A stretch of DNA of 64,000 bases from Bacteroidota bacterium (GTDB lineage: Bacteria; Bacteroidota; Bacteroidia; Bacteroidales; GWA2-32-17), in the NCBI GenBank assembly GCA_037441645.1, contig JBBIRU010000012.1, positions 86,863-150,862 of the forward strand. Direction: 5' to 3'. Positions 1-10,357 of this stretch are shown in pieces. Position numbers and translations under genes: made by a program. The notes below the pieces were generated by a model, which did no database searches, was not told where the DNA came from, and saw nothing but the letters and a program-made list of their open reading frames with translations. The number at the start of each line of letters is the position of its first letter. Positions within the stretch are counted from its first letter, which is position 1.

Positions 1-337
1 CAAAATGTTTCTCGAAGATGCCGGGTTATTTGAGCCTGGTGTTAATAAACTGGTACGTTCTGCGTTTTCACTTTTAAATCTCCAGACATTTTTCACTGTC
101 GGCCCCAAGGAAATCCGTGCATGGACCATACATAAAGGAATGACAGCTCCCCAGGCTGCCGGGGTAATACATAGTGACCTCGAACGCGGTTTTATCCGTG
201 CCGAAGTAATGAAATATAATGACTTCATAACATTGAGAAGTGAACAGGCCTGCAAGGAAAAAGGAAAACTTTTTGTTGAAGGTAAAAACTATGTGATTGA
301 TGACGGAGACATATTACATATAAGATTCAATGTATAA
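1..337 (+). CDS. ychF: Ribosome-binding ATPase YchF, C-terminal fragment (5' end lies outside the window)
   Basis: The ORF is open from the window edge. The C-terminal sequence GPKEIRAWTIHKGMTAPQAAGVIHSDLERGFIRAEV...DGDILHIRFNV matches the conserved YchF/OLA1 C-terminal (TGS-like) region. Confidence 0.85.
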   Translation, partial: KMFLEDAGLFEPGVNKLVRSAFSLLNLQTFFTVGPKEIRAWTIHKGMTAPQAAGVIHSDLERGFIRAEVMKYNDFITLRSEQACKEKGKLFVEGKNYVIDDGDILHIRFNV

Positions 338-468
338 AGTAAGTATCTGCAATATTTACTAAGGATAATCTTAAAAGTACTTAATCAAAATACCTAATTC
401 TACGGATAAATATTCGTCCGAATTCATATTTTCTTTGTTGAACTATAATTCATTTAAATCAACAGATT

Positions 469-1485
469 ATGAAAACGATTATGCTACTGGTTTTAACCGT
501 ATTTATCCTTGGAAATACAGAAGCACAGAACTGTCTCCAGGCATTAAAAAAAGGAACCAAAATTACTTATGAAACTTCTAATTATCCAATGACAATTGAA
601 GTACTTGGTTCAAACCAGGCAAAAATGAAACAAAAGGAAAAGGATGCCATCATTGAAAAACACAAAAGCGATATTCTTTCAGGAACAATCAAACCTGCTG
701 TAACGTCTTTTGTCGCCGAAATCAGTAATATAACAGAAACAAATGGAGCCACCGAATATGAAATATCTTCAACTTTTTCCGGAGTCGTATATAAAAGTTA
801 TATGGCCTGTAAAAGCGATAGCCTTTATATTTACCGGATCAAAGGAATTTCATATACCGTTTGGAACAATGACACCTTGGGATTTGGTTTATTAGGCACG
901 CAGGTACTTCCAATCTCAATGAAAGTAGGCGACGCTACTCCCGGGTACAGTGATATTGGCGAAAGTTTTCCAAAAACAGAATCAAGAAAAGTGCAGCATA
1001 AGTTTAACGTGGGAGAAGATTACAATCCCTATTCAAGATATCATACAACCTATTACGGTACGGTAACAGCCAGTGAAACATGGACATCAACGGCCAAATA
1101 CTATAAAATATTCCAGGGAGGTAATGTTGCTGGTGAAGAAAATGTTACCATAAATGGAAAAGAATATAAAAGTTATATCATCGGAACTGAAACCTGGACT
1201 AAATTCGGAACCAATTTCGATATAAAAGTGGAAGAAGAAAATTATTTTGACGATTTAAGTTACAGAATGAATCATAAAATCAGCAAACAAATTGTAAAAG
1301 CATATACCAAAGGCGGCAAAAAAAGTCAGGCAATAATTAATGAGGTTACCGGCGCCAACGAACAGGGCTATGTTGTTTCATACAAAGAAGACTGGTTTGT
1401 TCCCGAAATAGGTACTGTAAAAACCATCACTTATGATAATTATGGTAACATTTCCAGCATTTCAAAGGTAACTACCATAGAATAA
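469..1485 (+). CDS. Hypothetical secreted protein with an N-terminal signal peptide
   Basis: 338-aa ORF. The N-terminus MKTIMLLVLTVFILGNTEAQ looks like a signal peptide. I recognise no family motif. Confidence 0.6.
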   Translation: MKTIMLLVLTVFILGNTEAQNCLQALKKGTKITYETSNYPMTIEVLGSNQAKMKQKEKDAIIEKHKSDILSGTIKPAVTSFVAEISNITETNGATEYEISSTFSGVVYKSYMACKSDSLYIYRIKGISYTVWNNDTLGFGLLGTQVLPISMKVGDATPGYSDIGESFPKTESRKVQHKFNVGEDYNPYSRYHTTYYGTVTASETWTSTAKYYKIFQGGNVAGEENVTINGKEYKSYIIGTETWTKFGTNFDIKVEEENYFDDLSYRMNHKISKQIVKAYTKGGKKSQAIINEVTGANEQGYVVSYKEDWFVPEIGTVKTITYDNYGNISSISKVTTIE

Positions 1486-1530
1486 ATATTTTTCAGGTCC
1501 GTTTATCCGGGCTTCTTTTAATTAACATTT

Positions 1531-3623
1531 ATGAAGAATCTTAAAAAAGGTTGTAAGTTAATCTTTGGATTGAACCTGTTATTTCTTTTTATGAACGGGT
1601 ATTCGCAAACCGATACTTTATTCAAAGACAATTTTAATAACAATATCATAAATGGGTCGTATATGATTCGGACGACAGTAAATCTGAAATTGAAGATGGT
1701 TGTTACAAATGGAAACACAAATCAGAAGGAAGTAACAGTATATGGTATCCCACTCTTATTACTTCAAAAGCCGACTTTATTATCGAAGCAAAATTCAAAG
1801 TAACAAAGGACGGGGAGTATGGAATTATATGGGGTGCAAAGGATGCCAATAATGCCATTTATTTTACTGTCGGAACGGGAAAATTCAAAACCTTTAAATT
1901 TGTAAGAAGAACCTATTCGGTAATTACTGATTTCACACCCTCCGCAATTATTTCGCCTGACTCCAACACATTAAAAATCTGCAAAAAGGGTGATAAAATT
2001 TTATATTATATAAATAATGAAAAAGTAAATGAGGAACCTTTCGACAAGGTTATGGGCAGGAATACAGGTCTCTCGCTATGGGGAAAAACCACGGTTGATA
2101 TTGATTATTTATTTATTATTCAGGACAAACAACCTATTAACCTAGCCCCCAACATGGTATGGGAAAATAAACCGGAAAATCTGGGCGATAATATTAATAC
2201 CGGTTTCAGCGAAGCATATCCGATTATCTCACCCGATGACAGTATTTTATATTTTATCAGGCGAACCAACTTTAAAAATATGGGCGGAAGAGAAGATCAT
2301 TCTGATATATATATATCTAAAAGAACTGACAATGGCTGGACGTTATCTGAGAATATAGGGAAACCGTTAAATAACACCGGTCCAAATGCTGTATGCTCTG
2401 TTACTCCTGATGGCAACACTCTTATTGTAATTAACAAATATGATTATTATGGGAATCCTTCTGGTGCAGGAACATCAATAACCCATAAAACAAGCAGCGG
2501 GTGGTCTATTCCTGCTATGTTAAATATCAAGAATGATTATAATTTAAATGATTATAAAGAATCCTGTCTTTCAAATGATGGAAAAACCCTGTTTCTTACA
2601 ATTGAAAGAAATGACACATGGGGAGAAAAGGATGTATATGTTTCGTTTCTGGGAGAAAATAATGAATGGACTGAACCTATGAACATCGGGAACGTTGTTA
2701 ATACCGAAGGAGATGAAACAAGCCCTTTTCTTGCATCCGATGGGGTTACTTTATATTTTTCGAGTGATGGGCATCCGGGTTATGGCAGAAACGATATTTT
2801 TATAACCAAAAGATTAGACGATACATGGAAAAACTGGTCCGTTCCCAAAAACATCGGAAAACCTATTAATACATCCGATTGGGATGCCTATTACAGTTTA
2901 GCGGCCTCCGGGGAATATGCTTATTATATTTCCTATGAAAATACCAAAGGAGGTTCCGACATATTCAGAATAAAATTACCCGAAGAAATTAAACCGAACC
3001 CGGTTGTTCTTGTTTCGGGTAACGTTTATAATGCAAAAACAAAGGAACCTGTAAGTGCTTCCTTGTTTTATGAAACCTTACCAGATGGGATTAATGCAGG
3101 AAATGCCCTTTCCAGTCCCGATAACGGAAGTTATAAAATCGTGTTGCCTTACGGAAAAAATTATAGTTTCAGAGCGACAGCCAACCGGTTTATTTCTGTT
3201 TCTGAAAACCTGAATCTTGATTCTATTGCAGAATACAAAGAAATAAAACGCGATTTATATCTTGTTCCCATTGAAGTAGGACAAACCGTCCGGTTAAATA
3301 ATATCTTTTTCGATTTTGGAAAAGCGACCTTACGCACTGAATCTTACCCGGAACTCGACAGGGTAGTTAAAGTCCTCCTGGAAAATCAAACCATGGAAAT
3401 TGAAATGTCGGGACATACCGATAATGTGGGTTCGGATGAAGACAATCTTAGTCTTTCCGGCAACAGGGCAAAAGCTGTAAGAGATTATATTATTTCCAAA
3501 GGAATTGTTGAAGGAAGAATTATCGCCAATGGCTACGGAGAAACAAAACCCCTTGCCACCAATGATACAGACGAAGGCCGGCAGATGAACAGAAGAGTTG
3601 AGTTTACAATTTTGAAGAAATAA
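1531..3623 (+). pseudogene. OmpA-family protein (signal peptide, lectin/jelly-roll-like domain, TolB-like beta-propeller repeats, OmpA C-terminal domain), interrupted by a frameshift near 1641-1655
   Basis: ORF 1531..1803 encodes a signal peptide followed by DNFNNN. The frame used by ORF 2052..3623 is already open from 1641 and reads KWVVYDSDDSKSEIEDGCYKW...GEYGIIWGAKDANNAIYFTV, continuous with the 2052 ORF. The C-terminus carries the OmpA motif NNIFFDFGKATL...SGHTDNVGSDEDNLSLSGNRAKAV...NRRVEF. Confidence 0.65.
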
Positions 3624-3706
3624 ATTTCTTTTTGCCCGGTTTTTGATTGGATAAAATGCTTTTTAAACCATTTTCAGAATAAAGTGTTTTATCTAAAAAA
3701 ATCGCC

Positions 3707-4630
3707 ATGAAAAAAGTAATCGTTTATTTTTTCACTTGCTGTTTCCTTACGGTAAATATAAGCCAGGCACAGGAAACAAATATTGTAAATAACACTGACA
3801 GCACAGGCCTCCCCGGTGATAATTTCAATTTGCAGGGGGCCTTAAGTCTTTTTAAACAATCTTCAACTCTTGAAGATTTTGAGAAACAACTGAATTCTGA
3901 AGATAATTATGTCAATAATCTTGACATGAATTCAGACGGAAAAACCGATTATGTATTTGTTTCCGATAACAGTGAAGGCAATTCGCATGCAATCGTCTTA
4001 CAAGTAGCAGTTAACGAAACCGAGAACCAGGATATTGCTGTAATAGAAATAGAAAAAAACGGCGAAGAAACAGCAGATCTGCAAATCATCGGCGATGAAG
4101 ACATTTACGGTGAAAAGAAGATTATTGAACCTGCTGATGATAAAGAGATTATCTATAAGAAAGGACCATCTGCTCCATCTTTTGGATTTGTTATTGTAAA
4201 CGTATGGTTCTGGCCCTGTGTAAAATTTATTTATGCTCCCGGTTACGTTGTTTGGAAATCACCCTGGCACTGGCATCATTATCCTCCTTACTGGAAACCC
4301 TGGAACCCTCACCCCTGGTATTGGCATTATGAGCATTGCAAACCTTATTATGTGCATTTCAGAACTGCCCCGAAACATCGTGTTGTAATTGCTCACCAGG
4401 TTTATCTGCCCCACAGAAAAACATCTGTAATTGTAACCAACAGGAATAAACCCGTTATTAATCAGTATCGTAAAACACATTCAATTCCTGCCGTTAAACA
4501 GCCAAGAGTAACAAAGTATAAATCAAACAATGTTAGGAACCAGAAAGCAACATACGCTCCCAGGAATAACGGAAACAACAAAGGAGGAAAAGGAGGCAAT
4601 AAAAACAGTGGCGGAGGACACCGGAAATAA
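3707..4630 (+). CDS. Hypothetical exported protein with an EF-hand-like loop, a hydrophobic segment and a Trp/His/Pro/Tyr-rich basic tail
   Basis: Signal peptide MKKVIVYFFTCCFLTVNISQAQ; DMNSDGKTDYVF loop; WKSPWHWHHYPPYWKPWNPHPWYWHYEHCKPYYVHF; C-terminal NNGNNKGGKGGNKNSGGGHRK. Confidence 0.6.
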   Translation: MKKVIVYFFTCCFLTVNISQAQETNIVNNTDSTGLPGDNFNLQGALSLFKQSSTLEDFEKQLNSEDNYVNNLDMNSDGKTDYVFVSDNSEGNSHAIVLQVAVNETENQDIAVIEIEKNGEETADLQIIGDEDIYGEKKIIEPADDKEIIYKKGPSAPSFGFVIVNVWFWPCVKFIYAPGYVVWKSPWHWHHYPPYWKPWNPHPWYWHYEHCKPYYVHFRTAPKHRVVIAHQVYLPHRKTSVIVTNRNKPVINQYRKTHSIPAVKQPRVTKYKSNNVRNQKATYAPRNNGNNKGGKGGNKNSGGGHRK

Positions 4631-4696
4631 ACCACATTTTTTCAATATCACCAAAAACAGAAGCGGTTCACACAAGTATGCTAAGGCTTCTTTTTT

Positions 4697-7600
4697 CTAT
4701 CTTCTTATCAGGTTAGCTCTCTGAATACCTCCTCCTGCTTGTGATAACTCGATAATATAAATACCTTTTTCGAGCGAATTAAGATTATTTATAGTATAAA
4801 ATGTTGCATTTTCAAGTTCAGCTTTTCTGACTATCCTGCCTGTAGCATCCATTAAAGAAATATTACCCGAAAAAATTGATTTAAAATTTATTTTTATCTC
4901 ATCCGAGAATGGGTTTGGAAACATCAAAGCTTTATCCCGTATTACAATAGATTGAGAAGATTGATTCAGAATATAAACATAATTATTTTTAATAAGAGTA
5001 TCGTTGGGTAAACCCGTATTCATTGCAATAAGCTGAACATTATAGATTCCGGCCTGGGTATAGTTATGCCATGGATTTGTTGCCGTGGAAGTGCCTCCGT
5101 CGCCAAAATCCCATAAATAAGATATTGCATTCTGTGATGTGTTATAAAACAAGGCATTTGCCGAAGGCAAATACAAAGTATCGTCAAAAACATAAAAATC
5201 AGCTACCGGCAGGCTTAGTGAAGAAACAATAAACCCATCGCTGGAAATAACATTAGACCATAAATCAGCATTGTTTTTTACTTTTACGGAGAAATAATAA
5301 TGGCTTCCTACAGACAGGCTCAGGCTGTTTAAGGTAATTGTATTAATTGTTCCATTGTTTGTCCATGTAACAACATCAGCAGCGCCGGGGGTTGTTCCCA
5401 GTGCATACCAGTATTCAGCTACACCGGAATTGGGATCGGAAGAAACCGACCATTCAGCAGTAGCTGTTGTTGTGGTATATATTGTATCAATATCATTGGT
5501 CGTTCCATCTATAACAGACACATCAGAAGGAGGAGTCCAGTCGACATTCATATCGTGGTATGCAATAGCCGAAAGATTATTATTACCATCCACAACAATC
5601 GACTTTATTTTCGCTCCAAATGTAGATGAATTCGGGTTTTGGAAACGGATATCTTTTGTATTGTCATTCAAAGTAACAGTTACAGTCGGGTACCGTGATC
5701 TGAAAACTTTAAGTTCGTTTACATTTAAAGTACAGTTCCCTGTTCTGAAACTGATATAATTTCCATTTACCGAATATGGTGCAGGATCAGTCCAGCTTCC
5801 AATATATGCATCGTCTCTCCAAACTGCAACTCTGCCTGATATTCTGTCATAGGTAATTTTATAATCGTATTGCTGACCTGGAGTTGTTACAACACTTGAA
5901 ATTGTATTTACTAAAGTAAATGTATCATTAACTACTTTGTAAAACTGCAATGACTGGTCATCTATCCGGAACCATACAAAATAAGAATTACCGCGATTTG
6001 CCAAAGCAGCATTATCGCAGAAAAAATGAAAGCCAAAACGGCGGTTGGTACCGGCACCGTTAGCTTTTGCTACAAAATGGTACAGGTAGCGGTTAGAAAG
6101 GGTCTGATTCAGCGAAGCATAAATATTACTGTTGGCCTGGGTCTCGTCACTCTGAATTAATTCGCCTGCGCTCACATTCCACACGCCCGAATAATTTGTC
6201 CAGGAAGGTTGCAAAGCATCAAAATTATCGGCATAAAAACCATTTGCAGAATTTGCACCCCAGTTGGTTCCATCAAAATCAAGCACCTGGTAAAAAGCTT
6301 TTTCAACACTGGTATTATCATTATCTGTGAACGTTGCTGTAAAATCAGCCGTTTTCCAGTTATTTGGTGTCGAGATAGTAGTTGTCGGAGGAGTTGCATC
6401 CGGCTGCAGGGATGTCCAGTTGGCAACCCAACCTGTAGCATTAGTAGCACAATCTGACCGGAATTCAATGGTTAATGCGCCTCCGCTTGATGTTATAGTA
6501 CCCGGACTGGTAGTGTTAAACCTTCCGATTTTAGGCGACCATACTGAAGGGCCATCATAAATGTACATAAAATCATAATCGGCTTCCACGTCAAAACTTG
6601 TAAAGTTCAATGTTATAGACGAAGCCCCGGCAGGTTGTATTGTCCATACCTTACGCTCATCGTCTGCATAATTGGCTCCTGCTCCGCCCGAATCGTAGAA
6701 ACTTCCGGAAGCGGATGTTAGGGTTGTTATGACAGGTGTATTATTCACTAATTTATAATATGTATCCCACACCCAGTTTGGACCGGGATCGCTGTGTGTC
6801 TGGTTAGGCAAATGCTGATGACCGGCAATTTTTGTGCAATATGTTGCACCTGCCAGAGTATGAATATCAAAATCAAGAGCAGTTCCGTTATCAAGAGTAT
6901 CCCTGAAAAACATTCGCTCGGGATTGATACCATAGGCCTGGCAAATATCACGCGTTAAATCAGCCGAACTCTGGTACATAGGCATAGTGTACCAGCCGGT
7001 TTGCTCCACATAACCCTCATGTTCATACCCGATGGAATAGGGATTTTCACTTCCCACATGCCATGCTTTATCGGCTTCCAGTACCATCTGGGTTAACTGG
7101 CCGTCGGACGAACGGACAACATAAGCAGTAGAGGCCTGTGCAGTAGGATTCTGGAACCAGCTGACACAACCGGCATATGATCCCTGAACTGTGTGCATAA
7201 CAACGACAGAAATAGGCGTACCTGCTCTTGAACTGTAATTCGGAGAAGCCACCCACGAACAATGAGGAACATTGTAATCAGGACAGGCAACTTTTGTGTT
7301 TAATATATACCGGACTCCGTCATGGGTAATAATACCATGCTCACTCATTTGAATTTTAGGTGATGACAGGACATTCAGGTTATTCGCACCAAAAGTTTTT
7401 TTTAGAGAAATATTATATGCCGGCATTTCATATAAGTCCTGATTTTTTTCATCATTCAGAAATGTCAGTATGGAATATAAAAATGAATTAATGCTGAAAT
7501 CTGCTGATGAATTGGTGTTATCAAGATGCAATTCGCTCAGTTCGACTATAACCGGAAGCAACTCTTCAACCTTTTGTGATGTAATTCCCATTTGATTTTT

Positions 7601-7978
7601 CTTTGCTTCAAAAGCAGCGGCATAGGCTAAAATATGAAAGCGTTCATCGTTTTTTATCTGATCCGTGGTATAACCCGAAAGCTGAGAAACTGTAATTAAA
7701 TTATTACGAAACCAGTTTTTTCCATCTTCTACCAGTCCGAATGAACCCCAGCCAAAAGGCATTCCCGTACAGCTTTCACTCGTATTTGCAAGGGTTTTAT
7801 GATCAATATGGGTTTGTGTCCATGCAATCGCTTCGAGTAACCCTTTTGGGATATCCGGATGTAGCTGGTATGCTTCCTGGAAATACTGGCGATATGGATA
7901 ACCGTTACTTTCAATGTTCTGGGATGTTATTGAAAGAGAAAACAGCATTGCAAAAAGACTAATAAAAAGCTTTTTCAT
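4697..7978 (-). CDS. T9SS-secreted multidomain N-acetylmuramoyl-L-alanine amidase (Amidase_2/PGRP-like, CUB-like, PKD and a type A T9SS C-terminal domain)
   Basis: Amidase_2 motifs VVMHTVQGSYAGCVSWFQNP...AYVVRSSDGQLTQMV...AWHVGSENPYSIGYEHEG; CUB-like ITLNFTSFDVEADYDFMYIYDG; PKD YLWDFGDGGTSTATNPWHNYTQAGIYNVQL; C-terminal domain FPNPFSDEIKINF...GIYIIELS. Confidence 0.8.
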   Translation of the reverse strand: MKKLFISLFAMLFSLSITSQNIESNGYPYRQYFQEAYQLHPDIPKGLLEAIAWTQTHIDHKTLANTSESCTGMPFGWGSFGLVEDGKNWFRNNLITVSQLSGYTTDQIKNDERFHILAYAAAFEAKKNQMGITSQKVEELLPVIVELSELHLDNTNSSADFSINSFLYSILTFLNDEKNQDLYEMPAYNISLKKTFGANNLNVLSSPKIQMSEHGIITHDGVRYILNTKVACPDYNVPHCSWVASPNYSSRAGTPISVVVMHTVQGSYAGCVSWFQNPTAQASTAYVVRSSDGQLTQMVLEADKAWHVGSENPYSIGYEHEGYVEQTGWYTMPMYQSSADLTRDICQAYGINPERMFFRDTLDNGTALDFDIHTLAGATYCTKIAGHQHLPNQTHSDPGPNWVWDTYYKLVNNTPVITTLTSASGSFYDSGGAGANYADDERKVWTIQPAGASSITLNFTSFDVEADYDFMYIYDGPSVWSPKIGRFNTTSPGTITSSGGALTIEFRSDCATNATGWVANWTSLQPDATPPTTTISTPNNWKTADFTATFTDNDNTSVEKAFYQVLDFDGTNWGANSANGFYADNFDALQPSWTNYSGVWNVSAGELIQSDETQANSNIYASLNQTLSNRYLYHFVAKANGAGTNRRFGFHFFCDNAALANRGNSYFVWFRIDDQSLQFYKVVNDTFTLVNTISSVVTTPGQQYDYKITYDRISGRVAVWRDDAYIGSWTDPAPYSVNGNYISFRTGNCTLNVNELKVFRSRYPTVTVTLNDNTKDIRFQNPNSSTFGAKIKSIVVDGNNNLSAIAYHDMNVDWTPPSDVSVIDGTTNDIDTIYTTTTATAEWSVSSDPNSGVAEYWYALGTTPGAADVVTWTNNGTINTITLNSLSLSVGSHYYFSVKVKNNADLWSNVISSDGFIVSSLSLPVADFYVFDDTLYLPSANALFYNTSQNAISYLWDFGDGGTSTATNPWHNYTQAGIYNVQLIAMNTGLPNDTLIKNNYVYILNQSSQSIVIRDKALMFPNPFSDEIKINFKSIFSGNISLMDATGRIVRKAELENATFYTINNLNSLEKGIYIIELSQAGGGIQRANLIRR

Positions 7979-8071
7979 TTCTAAAAATTTTTACAAAAAT
8001 ACACTAACTAAACGTTAAGGTCAATAGTTTTAAATAAAATAGAATAAAAAATATAAAAGTCCCACAAAAAA

Positions 8072-8464
8072 TTATTCCGGAATAAAGCGGTGTTCAACTT
8101 TATCTTTCCTGAGCCAAAGTTGCTTCTTTGCAAGTTTAATTATTTCCCATTTGTCTTCAATAGCTGAAGAACCTTTTGTTTTATCTATTAAAAGGTCTAC
8201 TGTGCCTGAAAATTTCCATGTACCTGTATATCCTGTATTTTCTGAATATGATCCATCTTTCGTAAAAGTTAAAACAGTATCCGGAAGGTTTTCAGTAACT
8301 ACAATATTCTGATCGGCATAAATCATCGACTCATATTTCCATGTCCCTTCTATCCTTTCTTTCTTACTGCGAAAAGAAATGATTGGGCCATCTTCATATT
8401 TACTGCATGAAATTGAAACAATAATCAGTAAAACTGTAATGAAGGAAATTGCTTTTGTTCTCAT
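8072..8464 (-). CDS. Small lipoprotein, possibly lipocalin-like
   Basis: Lipobox-like VSISCSK after a signal sequence. 130 aa with a beta-rich pattern (TWKYES..., TWKFSG...). Confidence 0.55.
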   Translation of the reverse strand: MRTKAISFITVLLIIVSISCSKYEDGPIISFRSKKERIEGTWKYESMIYADQNIVVTENLPDTVLTFTKDGSYSENTGYTGTWKFSGTVDLLIDKTKGSSAIEDKWEIIKLAKKQLWLRKDKVEHRFIPE

Positions 8465-8476
8465 TTTTTTAAATTA

Positions 8477-9511
8477 TTAATGCATAAGCCTAAATATCAA
8501 TTCCTTCAACAATTCAACAGAATCCGAATTTCCTGTATCCAGACCTTTTGCCTTCAAATCGAATTTTCGAAGCAGGCTTATATTGTTTATTGTTTTTGTT
8601 ATAGGATAATTTTTAGCTGCACGTTGATATTCTTCCACAAAGAATGAGTGAACACCTATCATGGTAGCTAATTCCTCTCTGCTCTTTCCTGCAGAACTAA
8701 GTATTTTTAAAATTTTAATAAAGTAATCGAACAAATTGCCAACAACTAGAAAAGCAGGTGTATCATTAGCGTTTTTTCCAAGATAATTTACTATTCTGTT
8801 TGCCTTTAGCACATCCTTCGCTCCTATGGCTTTCTGCAGCTCGAACATATTATACTCATGACTGATACCTATGTATTTCTCCACATGTTCGGGTGTTATT
8901 GCGGAGTTTTGCGACAAAACCAGCTTTAGTTTGTCTATTTCATTTGTTATCTTACTCAGGTCACTACCCAGAAATTCAGCCATAAGAACGGCTGCTTTGG
9001 GATCGATTTTTAAATTCTGTTCATTTACATACTTTGATATCCACTGCGGTAACTGGTTGTCATATATCTTTTTAGATTCAAATAATACTCCGTTTTTTTC
9101 AATTGTTTTTGGAAACTTTGTTCTTTTATCTAAAGTATCGTATTTGTAATTTATTACAAGGATTGTGGATTTTGGTGGATTTTCGAAAAATAACTGTAAT
9201 GGGTTGGGTTTAGGATTCTTTCCTTTTCCTACAGCGCCGTTTATTCCTTTTATATTCTGCGCTTCCTTAACAATTACCACATGATAATTTGCCATCATGG
9301 GAAACCGGCGTGCGGTATTAATTACAGTTCCAAGATCGACATCTTTTCCGTAGAGTATCGTCTGATTAAATGCCTTTTCAGCTTCTGTCAGCACATTTTC
9401 TGCAATATAATCAGTAATCTTATCAATGTAATAAGGTTCGGTGCCCATTAAATAATATATGGGCTTATATATTTTATTCTGAAGATCTTTTATGATTTGT
9501 TCAAAAGTCAT
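8477..9511 (-). CDS. holA: DNA polymerase III subunit delta
   Basis: 344 aa. The N-terminus IYKPIYYLMGTEPYYIDKITDYI...LYGKDVD...HVVIVKEAQ is typical of HolA. Confidence 0.8.
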   Translation of the reverse strand: MTFEQIIKDLQNKIYKPIYYLMGTEPYYIDKITDYIAENVLTEAEKAFNQTILYGKDVDLGTVINTARRFPMMANYHVVIVKEAQNIKGINGAVGKGKNPKPNPLQLFFENPPKSTILVINYKYDTLDKRTKFPKTIEKNGVLFESKKIYDNQLPQWISKYVNEQNLKIDPKAAVLMAEFLGSDLSKITNEIDKLKLVLSQNSAITPEHVEKYIGISHEYNMFELQKAIGAKDVLKANRIVNYLGKNANDTPAFLVVGNLFDYFIKILKILSSAGKSREELATMIGVHSFFVEEYQRAAKNYPITKTINNISLLRKFDLKAKGLDTGNSDSVELLKELIFRLMH

Positions 9512-9514
9512 ATT

Positions 9515-10291
9515 TTATTCGTCGAACCGGAGATGTTTAACCGAACGCCCGTCGTTTCTTATTTCTTTCAAGGCATCAATACCAATCCTGATATGATCCT
9601 CTACAAATTTTTCGGTAACTATCTTATCGCTTTCAGCGGTTTTAATCCCGGTAGAAATCATAGGCTGGTCGGAAACAAGTAACAATGCACCCGAAGGAAT
9701 TCCATTGGCAAATCCCACAATAAAAATAGTGGCCGACTCCATATCAATGGCCATAGCGCGGGTTTTTCCCAGATATTTTTTAAACCTTTCATCGTGTTCC
9801 CATACTCGTTTGTTAGTTGTTAGAACGGTACCGCTCCAGTAATCCCTGTTATGATCGCGGATAGCAGAAGATACTGCCCGCTGCAACGAAAATGCAGGCA
9901 AGGCCGGAATTTCAGGAGGCAAATAGTCATTGGATGTTCCTTCACCACGTATAGCTGCGATAGGCAACACAAGATCTCCTAATCTGTTTTTTCTTTTTAT
10001 TCCTCCGCATTTTCCCAGGAATAATACTGCCTTGGGCGATATGGCACTCAGTAAATCCATAATGGTAGCTGCATTGGGACTTCCCATTCCAAAATTTATA
10101 ATGGTAATTCCATCAGCACTTGCGCTGGACATGGGTTTATCGAGTCCTAAAACGGGTACATTATGCCATTTTGCAAATAGTTCTATATAAAGTTGAAAAT
10201 TGGTGAGTAAAATATATTGTCCGAATTCTTTCAGGGGTCTTCCGGTATACCGGGGAAGCCAGTTCTCTACTATTTCCGCCTTGGTTTTCAT
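9515..10291 (-). CDS. amn: AMP nucleosidase (short form, PNP/UDP_1 phosphorylase fold)
   Basis: FGMGSPNAATIMDLL...FLGKCGGI...AIDMESATI...LLLVSDQP...HLRFDE parallels the catalytic domain of E. coli Amn. I chose the start at Met25 (MKTKAEIVENW, 10291) because the longer ORF overlaps the divergent gene. Its stop lies 3 nt before the holA start. Confidence 0.7.
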   Translation of the reverse strand: MKTKAEIVENWLPRYTGRPLKEFGQYILLTNFQLYIELFAKWHNVPVLGLDKPMSSASADGITIINFGMGSPNAATIMDLLSAISPKAVLFLGKCGGIKRKNRLGDLVLPIAAIRGEGTSNDYLPPEIPALPAFSLQRAVSSAIRDHNRDYWSGTVLTTNKRVWEHDERFKKYLGKTRAMAIDMESATIFIVGFANGIPSGALLLVSDQPMISTGIKTAESDKIVTEKFVEDHIRIGIDALKEIRNDGRSVKHLRFDE

Positions 10292-10357
10292 CTTTTGACC
10301 TTTTTGCAAAGGTAAGAATATTTTGTAATTTCGTAAGCCAACACAGGCATTTAAAAA

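Noticed and set aside
1531-1803. 90-aa ORF as a stand-alone gene
   Set aside because: Only the first ~38 residues (signal peptide plus DNFNNN) look real. The remainder is better explained as the out-of-frame read of the frameshifted OmpA-family gene.
5355-7962. Multiple 60-134-aa ORFs on both strands within the amidase gene (for example 5355..5759 +, 6172..6468 -, 7741..7962 +)
   Set aside because: These are shadow ORFs inside a long, well-supported CDS. They have low-complexity or implausible sequence.
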